Notes under the pieces: generated by a model
Databases searched by the model: none
The model's input: only the letters and a program-made list of their open reading frames with translations
Told to the model about the DNA's origin: nothing
Shown here: piece by piece, positions 51,359 through 64,000 of the stretch
How positions within the stretch are numbered: position 1 is the first letter of the stretch
How the letters are laid out: the number at the start of each line of letters is the position of its first letter
Source: Azolla caroliniana
Lineage: Eukaryota; Plantae; Polypodiophyta
Reading direction: 5' to 3'
Assembly: GCA_043228905.1 (NCBI GenBank)
Contig: JBHGNT010000012.1
Location: 13,392,001-13,456,000, forward strand
DNA length: 64,000 nt
Position numbers and translations under genes: made by a program

Positions 51359-51865
51359 TGTAGAGAATAGCGCGGAATATTGCTTGGCCTCAACCGAGTC
51401 TTAGATCACTTTGTTTAAGGATCAAACACAGAAATGGGGTTTGGAGATAAGTACACGTACACACACGAACAATAGAGAGTACACAGGATGTTTACGTGGA
51501 AAACCCTAATTGGGAAAAACCATGGGAGCCCACATACTCCAAACTATCACTATATGAGAAAGGTACAATCAGAGACTCAGAGGCAACGACCTCGAGCTCT
51601 ACATCTTCGTCAAGCGGCGGTTACAATAGAGTATCGCTCTGTATCTCATCAGTCTCTATATCTGTCACTCTTTATACAACAGTTATGCACATACAACAAT
51701 ATGACAACAATGCAACAACGCTATGATTGCCCTAGTTCATATTTATACTCATATGAACTTAGGGCTATTTACAAATATAGCCTTAATAGGCTTACTCAAA
51801 ATATATTTACAAATATGTCTTCTCTTCCGGTTCTCACTGGGTCCATCCGATCCGGTTTCCGGATC
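51359..51865 (-). repeat. Truncated copia B-like LTR
   Basis: Similar to the B1/B2 LTR 3' part (GTGGAAAACCCTAA..GGGAAAAACCA, CGACCTCGAGCT, GGCTATTTACAAATATAGCC). Confidence 0.8.
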
Positions 51866-52656
51866 TCGACGGGATATAGTCCTTTTATGTTGATGTTTGG
51901 TTTCCAGCCACGAACCCCGATTGATGTTATTATACATCCTGATGAGTTGCAAAGTATGCAAAACTTTCTTCGGGATATGCAAGATATGTTGCATATTGCA
52001 CGAGATAATATAAAAACAACTCAAGATAGAACGCTTTTTTATGCCGATCATAATAGGCAACCTCGTGTATTTTTACGGGTACCTCACAATTCTAAGACAT
52101 TGTCTACGGGTAAGTGCGCTAAGTTAGCCCCACGGTTTTGTGGACCTTTTACAACCCTCGAATGCATTGGTTCATCAGCCTATCGTCTCACTCTTCCTGA
52201 TGGCATTGAAATCCATCTTGTTTTTCATGTAAGTCATCTAAAAGAACTTCTTGGTTCTGGAGACAATACAGTCACAACTAAAACTCTGGTTCATTCTGAA
52301 GAATTATCTTCTAAACTACATTTACCAGAAAGAATTCTCGATGTTAAAACGAAAAATTAGCGTTCTATAATAATCCGAGAATTTAAAATTAAATGGATGG
52401 ATAAGTCTATAAAAGATGCCACATGGGAACGTGAAAATACTCTTAGAACTAACTTCCCTAACTTTCCATTGCAAGAGTGCAATGTTTTAAAGAGGGGGGG
52501 GAGTATGTTACGGGTATGAACATATAATATCCCGTGGTGAGAATTTACCATAGTATTCTATACACGTGGATAAACAAGAGTTTAAAGAAGGGGAGGATTA
52601 CTTTTAATCCTGAGGATTGAGACAACCCATTAGGTCAAGTGTGAACTTGCCCGGGG
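51866..52656 (+). mobile_element. Chromovirus family A fragment A3 (integrase end, chromodomain, PPT, partial 3' LTR from 52506)
   Basis: Matches A1 ~9760-10585. Confidence 0.9.
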
Positions 52657-54232
52657 TCTTCTTGCATCAGGTGTCTTCTTGCCTTGCTCACACTCCTAGA
52701 ACCATCCAATTTCACTTCCAACGAGCCATCTGGTTCCGCACCTCTCTACCTTCTTGGTCAGCTTGTCTGCTCAACAAGCCCATCTTAGCTCCTTAGCTAT
52801 TGTGACTTCAACGCTTCTCAACCCTCCGGTTCCTTTGTGTCGGTGTCGACTTCCGCAACCTCCTCATCCATTTGGCCTTCAGTTGATTTGGTTCCTCCAA
52901 ATCAAACACCTCATCCGAACCGCGTGGCTCAAATTCGTTCCAGCTCTTGTCCGAATTAGCGGGCTCCAATTTGTCCTCAATCTTCTAGCCCTTTCACAAC
53001 ATTAGACCATGTCCGGGTCTTGACCTTCTCATTCCGGTCAGCTCTGTCATTCTTGAGTCTGCCACCATCGCTACTTGTTCCGACTTGTTCCAACGTGCCA
53101 ACTTCTTCAATTGACTCGACACCCTTTTTCTTCTTGTCTCCCCCTGTTGCGGTTGTTTCCTTCTCTCCGGTCTCTCCGGTTCCTTCTCCGGGGTGCCATT
53201 ACCTACCTTTCTGGTTTCTGTTCTGGTTCTCCCCGTACCCGTACCGGTTCTCCCCCTCATGTGCGGCATGTCGAGATGCTGAAGACCAAGCATCTCCGAA
53301 AAATGTTCCAACTTGTCGGTTCCATGGGCCCTCGTGAAGATGTTGGTAACCTACTGATCCGTTTGGACATACCGGAGTTCTACTTCACCACTGAGGACCC
53401 ACTCACGCACAAAGTGATAATGCACTTCTATGTGCGTTGTCCGAGCATGGAAAAGGGGGTTCTTGGCCAGCATCATGCTGATAATGTTGTTGCAGTAGAT
53501 CGGGATCGGCGTCGGTACTTTGATCTGAACCGTTGAAGCTAGATGGCTTCATAGGTGGCAACGGTAGTGCCCAGATATTCAGCCTCTGTGCTCCACAGAG
53601 CCACTGTCGGCTGCTTTTTTCTCCTCCACACTACCTAGAGAGAACATGTAACCAAAAGTGAACCGACGATCCATCACATCACCGGCCCAATCACCATACG
53701 TATATCCAACTAGCTTTTTGGTGATACGGTGTCCGTATAACAGTCCCCGGTCCTTAGTGCCGCTAACATACCTGAGTATCCGGTGCGTGCACTAAAGGTG
53801 GTCCACGGTTGGCTTTGGCATTAACTAACTTATCATCCCGACTAGATAGCTTATGTCGGGTCGGGTTATGGTTACGTATATGAGGCTTCCGACTATTTGT
53901 CGAAACCGTTTCTCATCTCAGGCCGGTTCGAAGTCTGGACGTAGCTTGAGGTTCTGGTCCAGGGGTGTCGAGATCGATCGGCTTGTTAGTCATGTCGAAC
54001 TTGTACAACATATTCAACACATAATGTCGCTGAGATAACAATATGTCATCGGGGGTATGGATCACTTCGATCCCGAGGAAGTAATGAAGGTCCCTCAGGT
54101 CCTTCATTACGAATGCATCCGATAGTTGGGACTTTCGACCGATTTCTTCAAGGTCGGGTCTGGTGATGACTAAATCATCCACGTATAACAAGATACATAC
54201 CAAACCTTTTAGACCTTTCCAGATGAACATTG

Positions 54233-54933
54233 TGTTAGGAAACATGTCCCTCCGGATGGGAAGTGAGAAGAACAGTGTCGATGAGCGCCGAGGCCGAAAC
54301 CAGATGTGGAGTACTCGGCTACGGAAGACACGATGAGAACCGGATGATGAGTACCCGGCAACGGAAGACCTGGTGAGAACCGGATGACATGTACCCGGCT
54401 ACGGAAGACCCGGTGAGAACCGGATGAGGAGTACCCGGAAACGGAAGACCCGGTGAGGAGTGCTCACCGGATGAAGGGACATATTCGTAAATATGTTTCT
54501 GAGAGTCCATCGGGGTTGTATTTGTAAATAGCCGAAAAGTCATATTAGTATAAATATGACTTAGGGCAAACTTTAGTTGAGTGTGTTGTTATTCTTGTTG
54601 GTGCAAGATTAGAGCACAACAGTGTATAGAGAGAGAGAGAGAGAGAAAGAGACGAAGAGTCTGTATCTCTGTTGTAACCGCCGCCTGTGGCGAAGACAGC
54701 AAGCTCGAGGTCGTTGCCTCGGTGCTCCACTATTGTACATTCCTATATAGTGATAGTTTGCAGTTTGTGGGCTGCCATGGTTTTTTCCCCGAGTTTGAGT
54801 TTTTTTCCACGTTAACATCCTGTGTACTCTTCTCTCCATTGTGTCGTGCGCTTCATTACCCGTTTTTTGTGCTTATGATTCTAGGCTCGGTTGTGGCCGA
54901 GCCTTGTTCATAGGGAGCGTGTAGTTCCTGTCA
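54233..54933 (+). mobile_element. Solo LTR of copia family B
   Basis: TGTTAGGAAAC...CCTGTCA; TSD CATTG 54228-54232 and 54934-54938; similar to 8260-9144. Confidence 0.93.
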
Positions 54934-55036
54934 CATTGAAGAGTCCTACTTCGAGGCCGCTGACCCCATCTTACGCAACCAATGCGTGATCTTTGAATTC
55001 CAAGCTCGGGGGTAAAGTGACTTCTTGAATTGGCGA

Positions 55037-58000
55037 TATTAGAGATCTAGGTACTAAAGTAAGCTAATGATAGATAGAAAGGAGAGAGAGAAAGAAGGGT
55101 GCCGATCCACTCGACCACCCCCGAGGGAAGGGATTGAGATGGACTCAAGCCTCGATCGGCATCCCATACCACCGCTGTGGCGTCGAGTCGTACCTGGTGT
55201 TGGCGCGCTCGCTACAAGAGTTGACCCACCACAAGAGCAGAGTTTCGATGTAGTCAAAAGATAATCAAATGAGGGTAGCTAGGCCTCTTATTTATAGCGA
55301 TACCCAAGGCCCCTAGGCAAGTTCACACTTGACCTAATGGGTTGTCTCAATCCCTCACACTTATCCACGTCTATAGAATACTACGGTAAGGATAAACTAA
55401 TGATATATAGAAAGGAGAGAGAGAAAGAAGGGTGCCGATCCACTCGACCACCCCCGAGGGAAGGGATTGAGATGGACTCAAGCCTCGATCGGCATCCCAT
55501 ACCACCGTTGTGGCGTCAAGTCGTACCTGGTGTTGGCGCGCTCGCTACAAGAGTTGACCCACCACAAGAGCAGAGTTTCGATGTAGTCAAAAGATGATCA
55601 AATGAGGGTAGCTAGGCCTCTTATTTATAGCGATACCCAAGGCCCCTAGGCAAGTTCACACTTGACCTAATGGGTTGTCTCAATCCCTCACACTGATCCA
55701 CGTGTATAGAATACTACGGTAAATTCTCACCACAGGATATTAAATGGTCATGCCCGTAACATACTCCCCTTCTTTGAAACATTGCACTCTTGCAATGGAA
55801 AGTTAGGGAAGTTTGTTCTTAGAGTATTCTCGCGTTCCCATGTGGCATCTTTGATAGATTTGTCCATCCATTTAATTTTAAATTCTCGGATTTCTTTAGT
55901 ACGTGACTTTTTTGTTTTAAGATCGAGAATTCTTTCTGGTACATGTGGTTTCGAAGATAAATCTTCAGAAGTAACCAGAGTTTCAGTTGTAACTGTGTTG
56001 TCGCCAGAACCTAGAAGTTCTTTTAGATGACTCACATGGAAGACTGGATGAATTCCACCACCATCGGGAAGAGCGAGACGATAGGCTGATGACCCAATGC
56101 GTTTGAGGGCTGTAAAAGGTCCACAAAACCGTGGGGCTAACTTAGCGCACTTACCCGTAGACAATGTCTTAGAATTGTGAGGTACACGGAAATATACCTT
56201 CTGTCCAAGGTTGAATACACGAGGTTGCCTATGATGCTCGGCATAAAAACGCGCTCTATCTTGAGCTGTTTTTATATTATCTCGTGCAATATGTAACATA
56301 TCTTGCATATCCCTAAGAAAGTTTTGCGTACTTCGCAACTGATCATGATGTATAATAACATCAATCAGGGCTCATGGCTGAAAAGCATATATCAACATAA
56401 AAGGACTATATCCCGTCGACGTATGCTTGGAGCTGTTATAAGCAAACTCCAAAATTGGGAGATAATGTTCCCATTTTGTTGGTTTTGCACCAACGTATGC
56501 TCGAAGCATGTCCTCAATAATTTGATTTACTCATTCTGTCTGTCCATCGGATTGAGGATAATCCGTGGAGCTCATGCTCAACGTAGTTTCTAACTTCTTA
56601 AAGACTTGCGTCCAGAAGTCACTAGTAAACTTTGGATCTCGATCACTCACGATATCCATCGATGACCCATAAAAACAAAATAATTCGTCAAAAAATTGGT
56701 AAGCCAATTCAGGAGCTATTACCGTGGTTTTAGTAGCAATAAAACTGGCTATTTTAGTTAGTCAATCAACGACAACCCAGATGGCATCATGACCTTTTTG
56801 GGTGCGAGGAAGGCTAACAATAAAATCCCTGGATATACTTTCCCACTTATTATTGGGAATGTCTAAGGGATGTAAAAGTCTTGCGGTTTTAAGTCGCTCG
56901 GCTTTGTTAACCTGACATTGGTGACATTTAGTCACATAGCTATGTATGTCAGGACGCATCTTAGGCCAATAAAATTGAGTGGAAATTAGAACGAGTGTAC
57001 GATGTATTCCAGGGTACCCTGTTGAGGGTGCATCATGGCATTCAAAAAGAATCCTCTTTTTGACCTCGGGTAAATCTGGAACACAAACCTTCCCATTACG
57101 GTAGAGCAAACCATTAGCAATGTGGAAGTATTCCTTCGAAGATGTGGTAGTGTCTGTTCCAGACTCAACTCTTGCCCAATATTTTGCAAAATAACTGTCA
57201 TCAGGATACTTTCCTCGAAGGTGATCATAAAGATCTGATGTTATTTCAGTGAAGCTAAGCATGTTAACTTCACGGGTGCGCCTTACTGCATCAGCGACAG
57301 TGTTCATGGAACCTTTACGATATGGTATGGAAAAATCAAAGTCCTAGATGAGATCAGCCCATCGTGCCTTACGACCTTTCAAGTCTTGTTGGTCACAAAA
57401 ATATTTCAAGGACTCGTGGTCCGTAGTTACCACAAAGCGATTTCCATCAAGATAATGGCGCCATGTTTTGAGCGCATGTATAACTGCAAATAATTCTTTT
57501 TCTTGAACGCTATACCGACATTGAGCAGAATCAAGTTTCTTACTCTCGAATGCTATTGGTTTACCATCTTGATACAAGATAGCACCTATAGCATAATTGC
57601 TTGCATCGGTTTCAACCTCAAAAGGTTTTGAAGGATCGGGTTAAAGAAGTGAAGGAGCCTTGCAAACCAGGTCTAGTGTAGCATTCCACACAATAGGTTT
57701 TGTAGACTTATGCGTTTGACCTTTTAAAATATCAGTAAACGGCGTCGTCAATTGGGAGTAATTACAAAGAGACTTTGGGAAAAACCTGACAAAACCAAGG
57801 AATGATCGAACTTCTCCAATATTCCGAAGAGTGGGCCAAAGCTTGATTTTCTCAATGCGAGAAGGATCAATTTCAGCTCCTTGTTCGGTTATGAGATGTC
57901 CTTAGCAATGTGGAAGTGTTCCTTCGAGGATCTGGTGGTGTCTGTTCCAAACTCAACTCTTGCCCAGTATTTTGCGAAATAACTGTCATCAGGATACTTT

Positions 58001-60628
58001 CCTCGAAGGTGATCATAAAGATCTGATGTTATTTCAGTGAAGCTAAGCATGTTAACTTCATGGATGCGACTTAGTGCATCAGCAACAGTGTTCATGGAAC
58101 CTTTACGATATCATATGGAAAAATCAAAGTCTTGGATGAGATCAGCCCATCGTGCCTTATGACCTTTCAAGTCTTGTTGGTCACAAAAATATTTCAAGGA
58201 CTCGTGGTCCGTAGTTACCACAAAGCAATTTCCATAAAGATAATGGCGCCATGTTTTGAGCGCATGTATAACTGCAAATAATTCCTTTTCTTGAACGGTA
58301 TACCGACATTGAGCAGAATCAAGTTTCTTACTCTCGAATGCTATTGGTTTACCATCTTGATATAAGACAACACCTATAGCATAATTGCTTGCATCGGTTT
58401 CAACCTCAAAAGGTTTTGAAGGATCAGGTAAAAGAAGTGAAGGAGCCTTGCAAACCAGGTCCTTGAGGTCCTTAAAGGCGAGGTCTAGTGTAGCATTCCA
58501 CACAATAGGTTTTGTAGACTTATGCGTTTTACCTTTTAAAAGATCAGTAAAGCGCATCGTCAATTGGGAGTAATTACGAAGAGACTTTCGCAAAAACCCG
58601 ACAAAACCAAGGAATGATCAAACTTCTCGAATATTCCGAAGAGTGGGCCAAAGCTTGATTTTCTCAATGCGAGAAGGATCAATTTCAACTCCTCGTTCAG
58701 TTATGAGATGTCCTATATAAGTAATTGATTTCTTGAAGAACTCACATTTTGAGATCTTCGCATAAAACTGTTTGTCACGCAATGTTTGTAAAACAAAGCG
58801 GACATGTCTAGCATGTTCTTTTAATGTACGGCTATAAACTAAAATATCATCCAAGAAAATAACGACAAATTTTCCAAGTTGTTATCGGAAAATGTCATTC
58901 ATTTCTTGTTGAAAAGTAGCCGGAGCATGGGTCAAACCAAAAGGCATAACCAAGAACTCGTAATGGCCATAGCGCATACGAAATGTCGTTTTAGGAACAT
59001 CATCCTCACTTATTCGTATTTGATGGTAGCTAGTACGGAGATCAAGTTTCGTAAAATACCGAGCTCCCTGGAGACGGTCAATTAGATCGTCAGTCTGGGG
59101 CAATGGGTACGAATTCTTGATCGTCAGTTTATTCAAGCGTCGGTAATTAATACACATACGCCATGTGCCCTCTTTCTTTTTAACCAAGAGAACTGGTGCA
59201 CCCCATGGAGATTTACTATAACGTATATAAGCCATTCGTAAATAGTCCTTGAGTTGCTTAGATACCTCATCCTCTTCGGATCGACTTAAGCGATAAGGAG
59301 GTATATTTATTGGTGCAACACCAGGCACAATATATATGCGATGGTCTATATTACGTTTAGGAGGTAAGCCATCAGGTAGTTCACTTGGAAAAACATCATG
59401 AAAATCATTTAAGATTTCATCAAGTTGTTGTTGTTCAAAATATGTTAATTGAACCGGGACATTATCGATATTGTAAACGTGAATGTCCGGATCAAGTACA
59501 CAATAAAATAACGTAGAACAAGACAACTCGGATATTGTTTTTTTACACATTGAATAAAATGCGTACAATCGTTCAGTATAAAAGAAATGGAATGACGAAC
59601 CCAATCAATAAATAAAGAAGAGTTTTTATTATAAAACCAGGGATAACCCAGTATTGTACTCTTCCATCAGTCAAGTGCACCGTGTAGGTGTGATCACTTT
59701 CGGTGGGTTGGATTCCCCATATCTGAACCAAAGGATCATTCACAAAATTGTGTGAGCTTCCCAAATCAAATAAAAATTGTACGGGAGATCCACTGATATA
59801 CCCGTTTGCACGTAGTAATCATTGGGACCCAATACATAGTGAGGGAGAGAACATTGACAATTACTTAAATGATGTGTATAGACCTGAAGGACATTAGGAA
59901 TCTTACCTTTATGGTCTACAGCTTTAGCTTTGTTGTCATGCTCTTTCCGTTGGAGCTTTCGACATTGATCTTTTGTATGACCCTTCTTTTTGAAGAATAC
60001 GCAAAAAGGATGTTGTCTCTTACAATCGCGATCCATGAATTTGTTGGGTGTCTTGCATTTCCCAACAAATTGCGACTGCTTAGTCCCGGGCGCTTCGTTG
60101 GGTTTGTTGTGGTCCTTCTTCGAAGTGCGTTGATAGCGAAGAACTATTTCAACGGCCTCTTCGAAGGATTTTTTATCCTTATCGTGCACTATATAGTGAT
60201 AGTCCGAATTGGGGATGCCATTGACAAAACAAGCTATCAACCAATTGTCCCCTTCTAGACCCGATTTATGGATTTGGGTTCTAGCATGGTGAACATAGTC
60301 TTCTAGCGAGGAAAATTTCCTGCTAGAGAGGTTCATTAAATCTTGTGCTGCCTCGGTTTGAGAGGGAGGTTGCAGAAATTGGCCCTTAAAAACCGTGACA
60401 AAATTTGTCCAGGTATCGGGCAATTTCCCCATAGTACGGAGCCCATGCCACCAGGCGGTGGCCTTACCCCCGAGTTCTTGGCCGACATATGCAATCTTCG
60501 TACTATCTGGCATGGGATAGAGCTCAAAATGAGACTCCCATCGTCCCAGCCATGTACAGATTGCTTCTTCGGTTCTTTCCTTTTTTAAATGGTCATACAC
60601 GTGATATTAAATGGTCATGCCTGTAACA
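55037..60628 (-). mobile_element. Chromovirus family A copy A4 (5' LTR and leader mostly deleted, two internal duplications)
   Basis: 3' LTR 55037-55761; chromodomain ORF 55748-56338; RT 58618-59604; gag 59740-60600; 5' LTR stub ending ...TGTAACA at 60628; degenerate TSD GGCGA/AGCAA (ancestral GGCAA). Confidence 0.92.
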
Positions 60629-62252
60629 AGCAAACTGCCGACTTGTTCATCTGCGACTGAAAACCAAGGGGTTGGATCATGTAGACTTGTTCTTCAAGGT
60701 CAACTTGAAGAAGCACATTCTGTGTCCTCGGTTCCTTGCCGAGCCTCCACTGCTCGCCGGCTCTTCATCTGACTGGTCATTCCAACTCAGTCACCCATTC
60801 GGCTGACTTAGCCGGAATGAGATTGGACTCTCGTCCAGAGTGCCAAATCCTTCCTCATCTTTTGCCTGGATCGTTTTGGGCTCATTGGCCTCATCCTCCG
60901 GAATCGAGTCGGAGTCGGGGGTCGGAGTCGACAGAGAGTACCAGGATGCTGATTCGTCAAACTCGACATCTTAGCATACTCGTACTTGCTTTGTCCGGGG
61001 GTTGCAGGACTTGTACCCCTTCTATTCATGAGAGTAGCCGACTAGAATGCACTTGTCCAACATTGGGTCCAGCTTCCTCCACTTCTCATCCGGCACATGC
61101 ACATAGGCAATGCTACCGAATATCCTAAGGTGCCTTAAATTCGGTTTCCGTACGATATATAGCTCGTGCGCTGACACCTTATCCCTGATCCGGTTTTGGA
61201 TGTAGACAGTCGTCTAGACCACCTCAAACCAGTAGAACTTAGGCATGCTTTTCTCTTCCAGCATTAGCCGTGCCGCATCCACAATCTACCGATTCTTCCT
61301 TTCGGCCACACCGTTTTGTTCCAGTGTGTATCTGGAGCTAAATTCTCTCCGAATTCCTTTTTGTTGCAGATAACTATTGAATTGGCCATCTGACCGCAGG
61401 CACTTGATCTTCCTCTCCATTTCCCGTTCGACAAGACTTTGCAGATTCCGGAAACAATCGAAGACTTTGGTTTTCTTCTCTAGAGATAGATCCATGTGTG
61501 CCGATTGTAGTCGTCGATGAAGGAGACACAATATCGGCCCACACCAAGACTAACGTTCTGTGCTGGTCCTCATACATCCGAATGTATCAAGTCGAGTTTG
61601 TTATGGCTCCGATTTCTTTTGGTGGGGAACGGAAGCTAGTGTTACTTCCCGAGTTGGCTGGCTTCAAATTTTGGGGCCTTTCGGCTACTGAATTTTGACA
61701 TTCCGAAAAAAACCTGTTTCGATTTTAGGTCTTCAAGCCTCTGATAGTTGATGTGGTCGATCGGCTTGTGCCACAAGTCGATATCTTACTCGACTTTCTA
61801 TTCTTTTGCGAACAAGATGGTGCCTACGTCATTGGTGTCGAGGATGAACATCCTCCCATCTTGACGCCATTGTGCGAGGATCTGGCCTTCTTCCTTGATG
61901 AAGCACCCAAGGTGCGTGAACCACACTTGCATCCCCTAGTCGGCGAACTGTCCGACCGACACTAGGTTCTTCGTAATTGTTGGAACATGTAAAACATTCA
62001 TCAACTTTCCCTTTTGTCCAACATGACTTAAATGGACTTCTCCGACATGCACTATCGAGTGAGTGTCATCTCTGGTTTCAAAAACTCCCAGTTGCCCTAG
62101 TTTTTCCAGATATGAGAACCACTCCTTGTGGCTTGTCATGTGGTTAGACGCTTCGAAGTCAACGTACCACACTTCCTCTGATCTGGAAGTGGTCTTCTTC
62201 ATCAAGCTCGCCTTGTGCTTCAGCACGAAGGTTAGCCCTTTTCCAGTCTTAC

Positions 62253-64000
62253 TGTTACGGGCATGACCATATAATATCCCGTGGTAAGAATTTACCGTAG
62301 TATTCTATACACGTGGATAAGTGTGAGGGTTAAACGAGAGTGTAAAGAAGGGGAGGATTACTTTTAATCCTCGGGATTGAGACAACCCATTAGGTCAAGT
62401 GTGAACTTGCCTGGGGGCCTTGGGTATCGCTATAAATAAGAGGCCTAGCTACCCTCATTTGATCATCTTTTGACTACATCGAGACTCTGCTCGTGTGGTG
62501 GGTCAACTCTTGTAGCGAGCGCGCCAGCACCAGGTACGACTCGACACCACGGCGGTGGTATGGGACGCCGATCGAGGCTCGAGTCCGTCTTGATCCCTTC
62601 GCTCGGGGGTGGTTGGGTGGATCGGCACCCTTCTTTCTCTTTCTCCTTTCTATCTTTCATTTCTTTATCCTTATCTTAAGCTTACTTTAGTACTTAGATC
62701 TCTAATATTTGGTATCAGATTTTTGTACTAATGTTTCTTTGTTTTTCATTTGTCTTTTGATTGATGCTGATCGATCGTTGTGCGGTTGGCCTTGATCCAG
62801 ACAACGATCAACAAAGAACTTCGGTAACTCTTTCCATAATTTTTCTTTCTATTCTCTCTTCTCCCATCTAATCATGTGTTTAGTTTATATGTAATTTTTT
62901 TCTTTAAGTCAATGATGTTGTAGTGGTCTTTAATTGATTATCTAAAACGTTTACATATGTGCACGAGGTCAATACCTCGTTTGACATATTAATAATATGT
63001 GATGAGTGTCGTATGCGTACGAGGTTAATACCTCAATTACGTATTACGTTCACGAACATATGTTACGTTTGCGTATGAGTTGTTGATTTGTTGTAAACGA
63101 TATGCGATTGGTCTCGTATGCGTAAGAGGTCAATACCTCAATTGCGTATTACGATGATCTCTTATTTGTGGATGTTTCGTGTGCATAGAGGTATATACCT
63201 CGATTACGTATCTCGATCACATCATTTGTGGCTATTTAATATAACGATATGTTTAATATAGGCATATGTGGTCACATATATACGTATTTGATCGTATATA
63301 TGTGAAAAGTAAACATATGTGTATATTCGTTATTACGTGATTATGTCGAAAGTTGTCCTAGTCGGGAAAAGGATGTTGGTGGCCGTCCTCACATTTTTGT
63401 GAGAATGGCGTTGTCACCATCCCTTTTTTCAACAATTTTTTATTGTTGATAACCCCATTGATGACCTCGATTTCGTTACGTAAAGAAACGCCAATAGCCA
63501 TAATGATGTTGAGTACGTAGGGCTTGACCCACTTCAAGTGAGGTCGCTCCAATGACGCACGTATCCAACATCCCTCCCTCGTTACATGGATACGATGCCA
63601 CCATGAGCTCGTTCTTACGAGAGGCATTCGTAATGACGTGACCATGTGATGGCCCACGTGAGCCTACTACGAAACGAGGGCTCATTTGGCTTGACCATTA
63701 GGTTGCACTTTGGCGTATGCCATCGTAATTACGAGACTTGAGGTTAGGTAACGTACCAACATAGTTTTGGTAAATGAGGGCGAAATAAGGACCCTTGACA
63801 TATATGTTCTTTGAAAAAAAACATATATGATCTCACATATCTCTTATACGCATCAAACATTAAGCATTCGAGAAGAGCAACTTACTTGGTTGGCTCAAGT
63901 GTTTAATGTATTTGTTCTCGAGGTCTCGAGTTCAAATATGACCAAGACCATACAACATCCTTGATACATATGACTATAACACATGTTTAGACTTAAGGTC
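62253..64000 (+). mobile_element. Chromovirus family A copy A5: 5' LTR 62253-62707, PBS and long leader (continues beyond window)
   Basis: TGTTACGGGCATG...CTAATA; TGGTATCAGA 62710-62719; leader matches 1-480 and the reverse complement of 45230-46330. Confidence 0.93.

Larger units (their letters stand above)
52657..62252 (-). mobile_element. Degraded Ty1/copia family F (segments 52657-54227, 54939-55031, 60634-62252) hosting a solo B LTR and A4
   Basis: WYVDFEASNHM protease, LRSDG/QNGVAERKNR integrase, PRAWNSKI and LLYVDDLVI RT, RNase H remnants; PPT-like GAGGGGGAG (reverse complement) ~53250. Confidence 0.8.

Noticed and set aside
51348-51873. CTCGACGGGA on both sides of the B-like LTR fragment as a TSD
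   Set aside because: Wrong length and position for a copia TSD, and each copy is native to its flanking element (C2 and A3)

Overview
Eukaryotic (plant, probably non-seed land plant) heterochromatin-type window made almost entirely of nested transposable elements; no ordinary host gene is evident. The LTR retrotransposons are: a Ty3/gypsy chromovirus family (A, five copies or fragments); a tRNA-Trp-primed non-chromovirus gypsy family (C, two copies); a tRNA-Arg-primed internally deleted element (D); three Ty1/copia families (B, CCGG-rich; E; F); and several solo or truncated LTRs. Most junctions resolve to 5-bp target-site duplications (TSDs). The standout is an apparently intact 11.15-kb DNA transposon at 30581-41728, with 25-bp TIRs starting GGG, an AAAT 4-bp TSD and a spliced ~863-aa Sola2-type DDD transposase. 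It also carries a convergent multi-exon cargo gene encoding a RING-finger domain and an FCP1/SCP-like phosphatase fold with a broken catalytic motif. Its introns hold kb-long arrays of the palindrome AGCTAATTAGCT, and it has an 83-bp subterminal tandem array. The same palindrome array also occurs in the LTRs of an unrelated copia element. All assignments are from reading the sequence and recalling family motifs; no searches were run.
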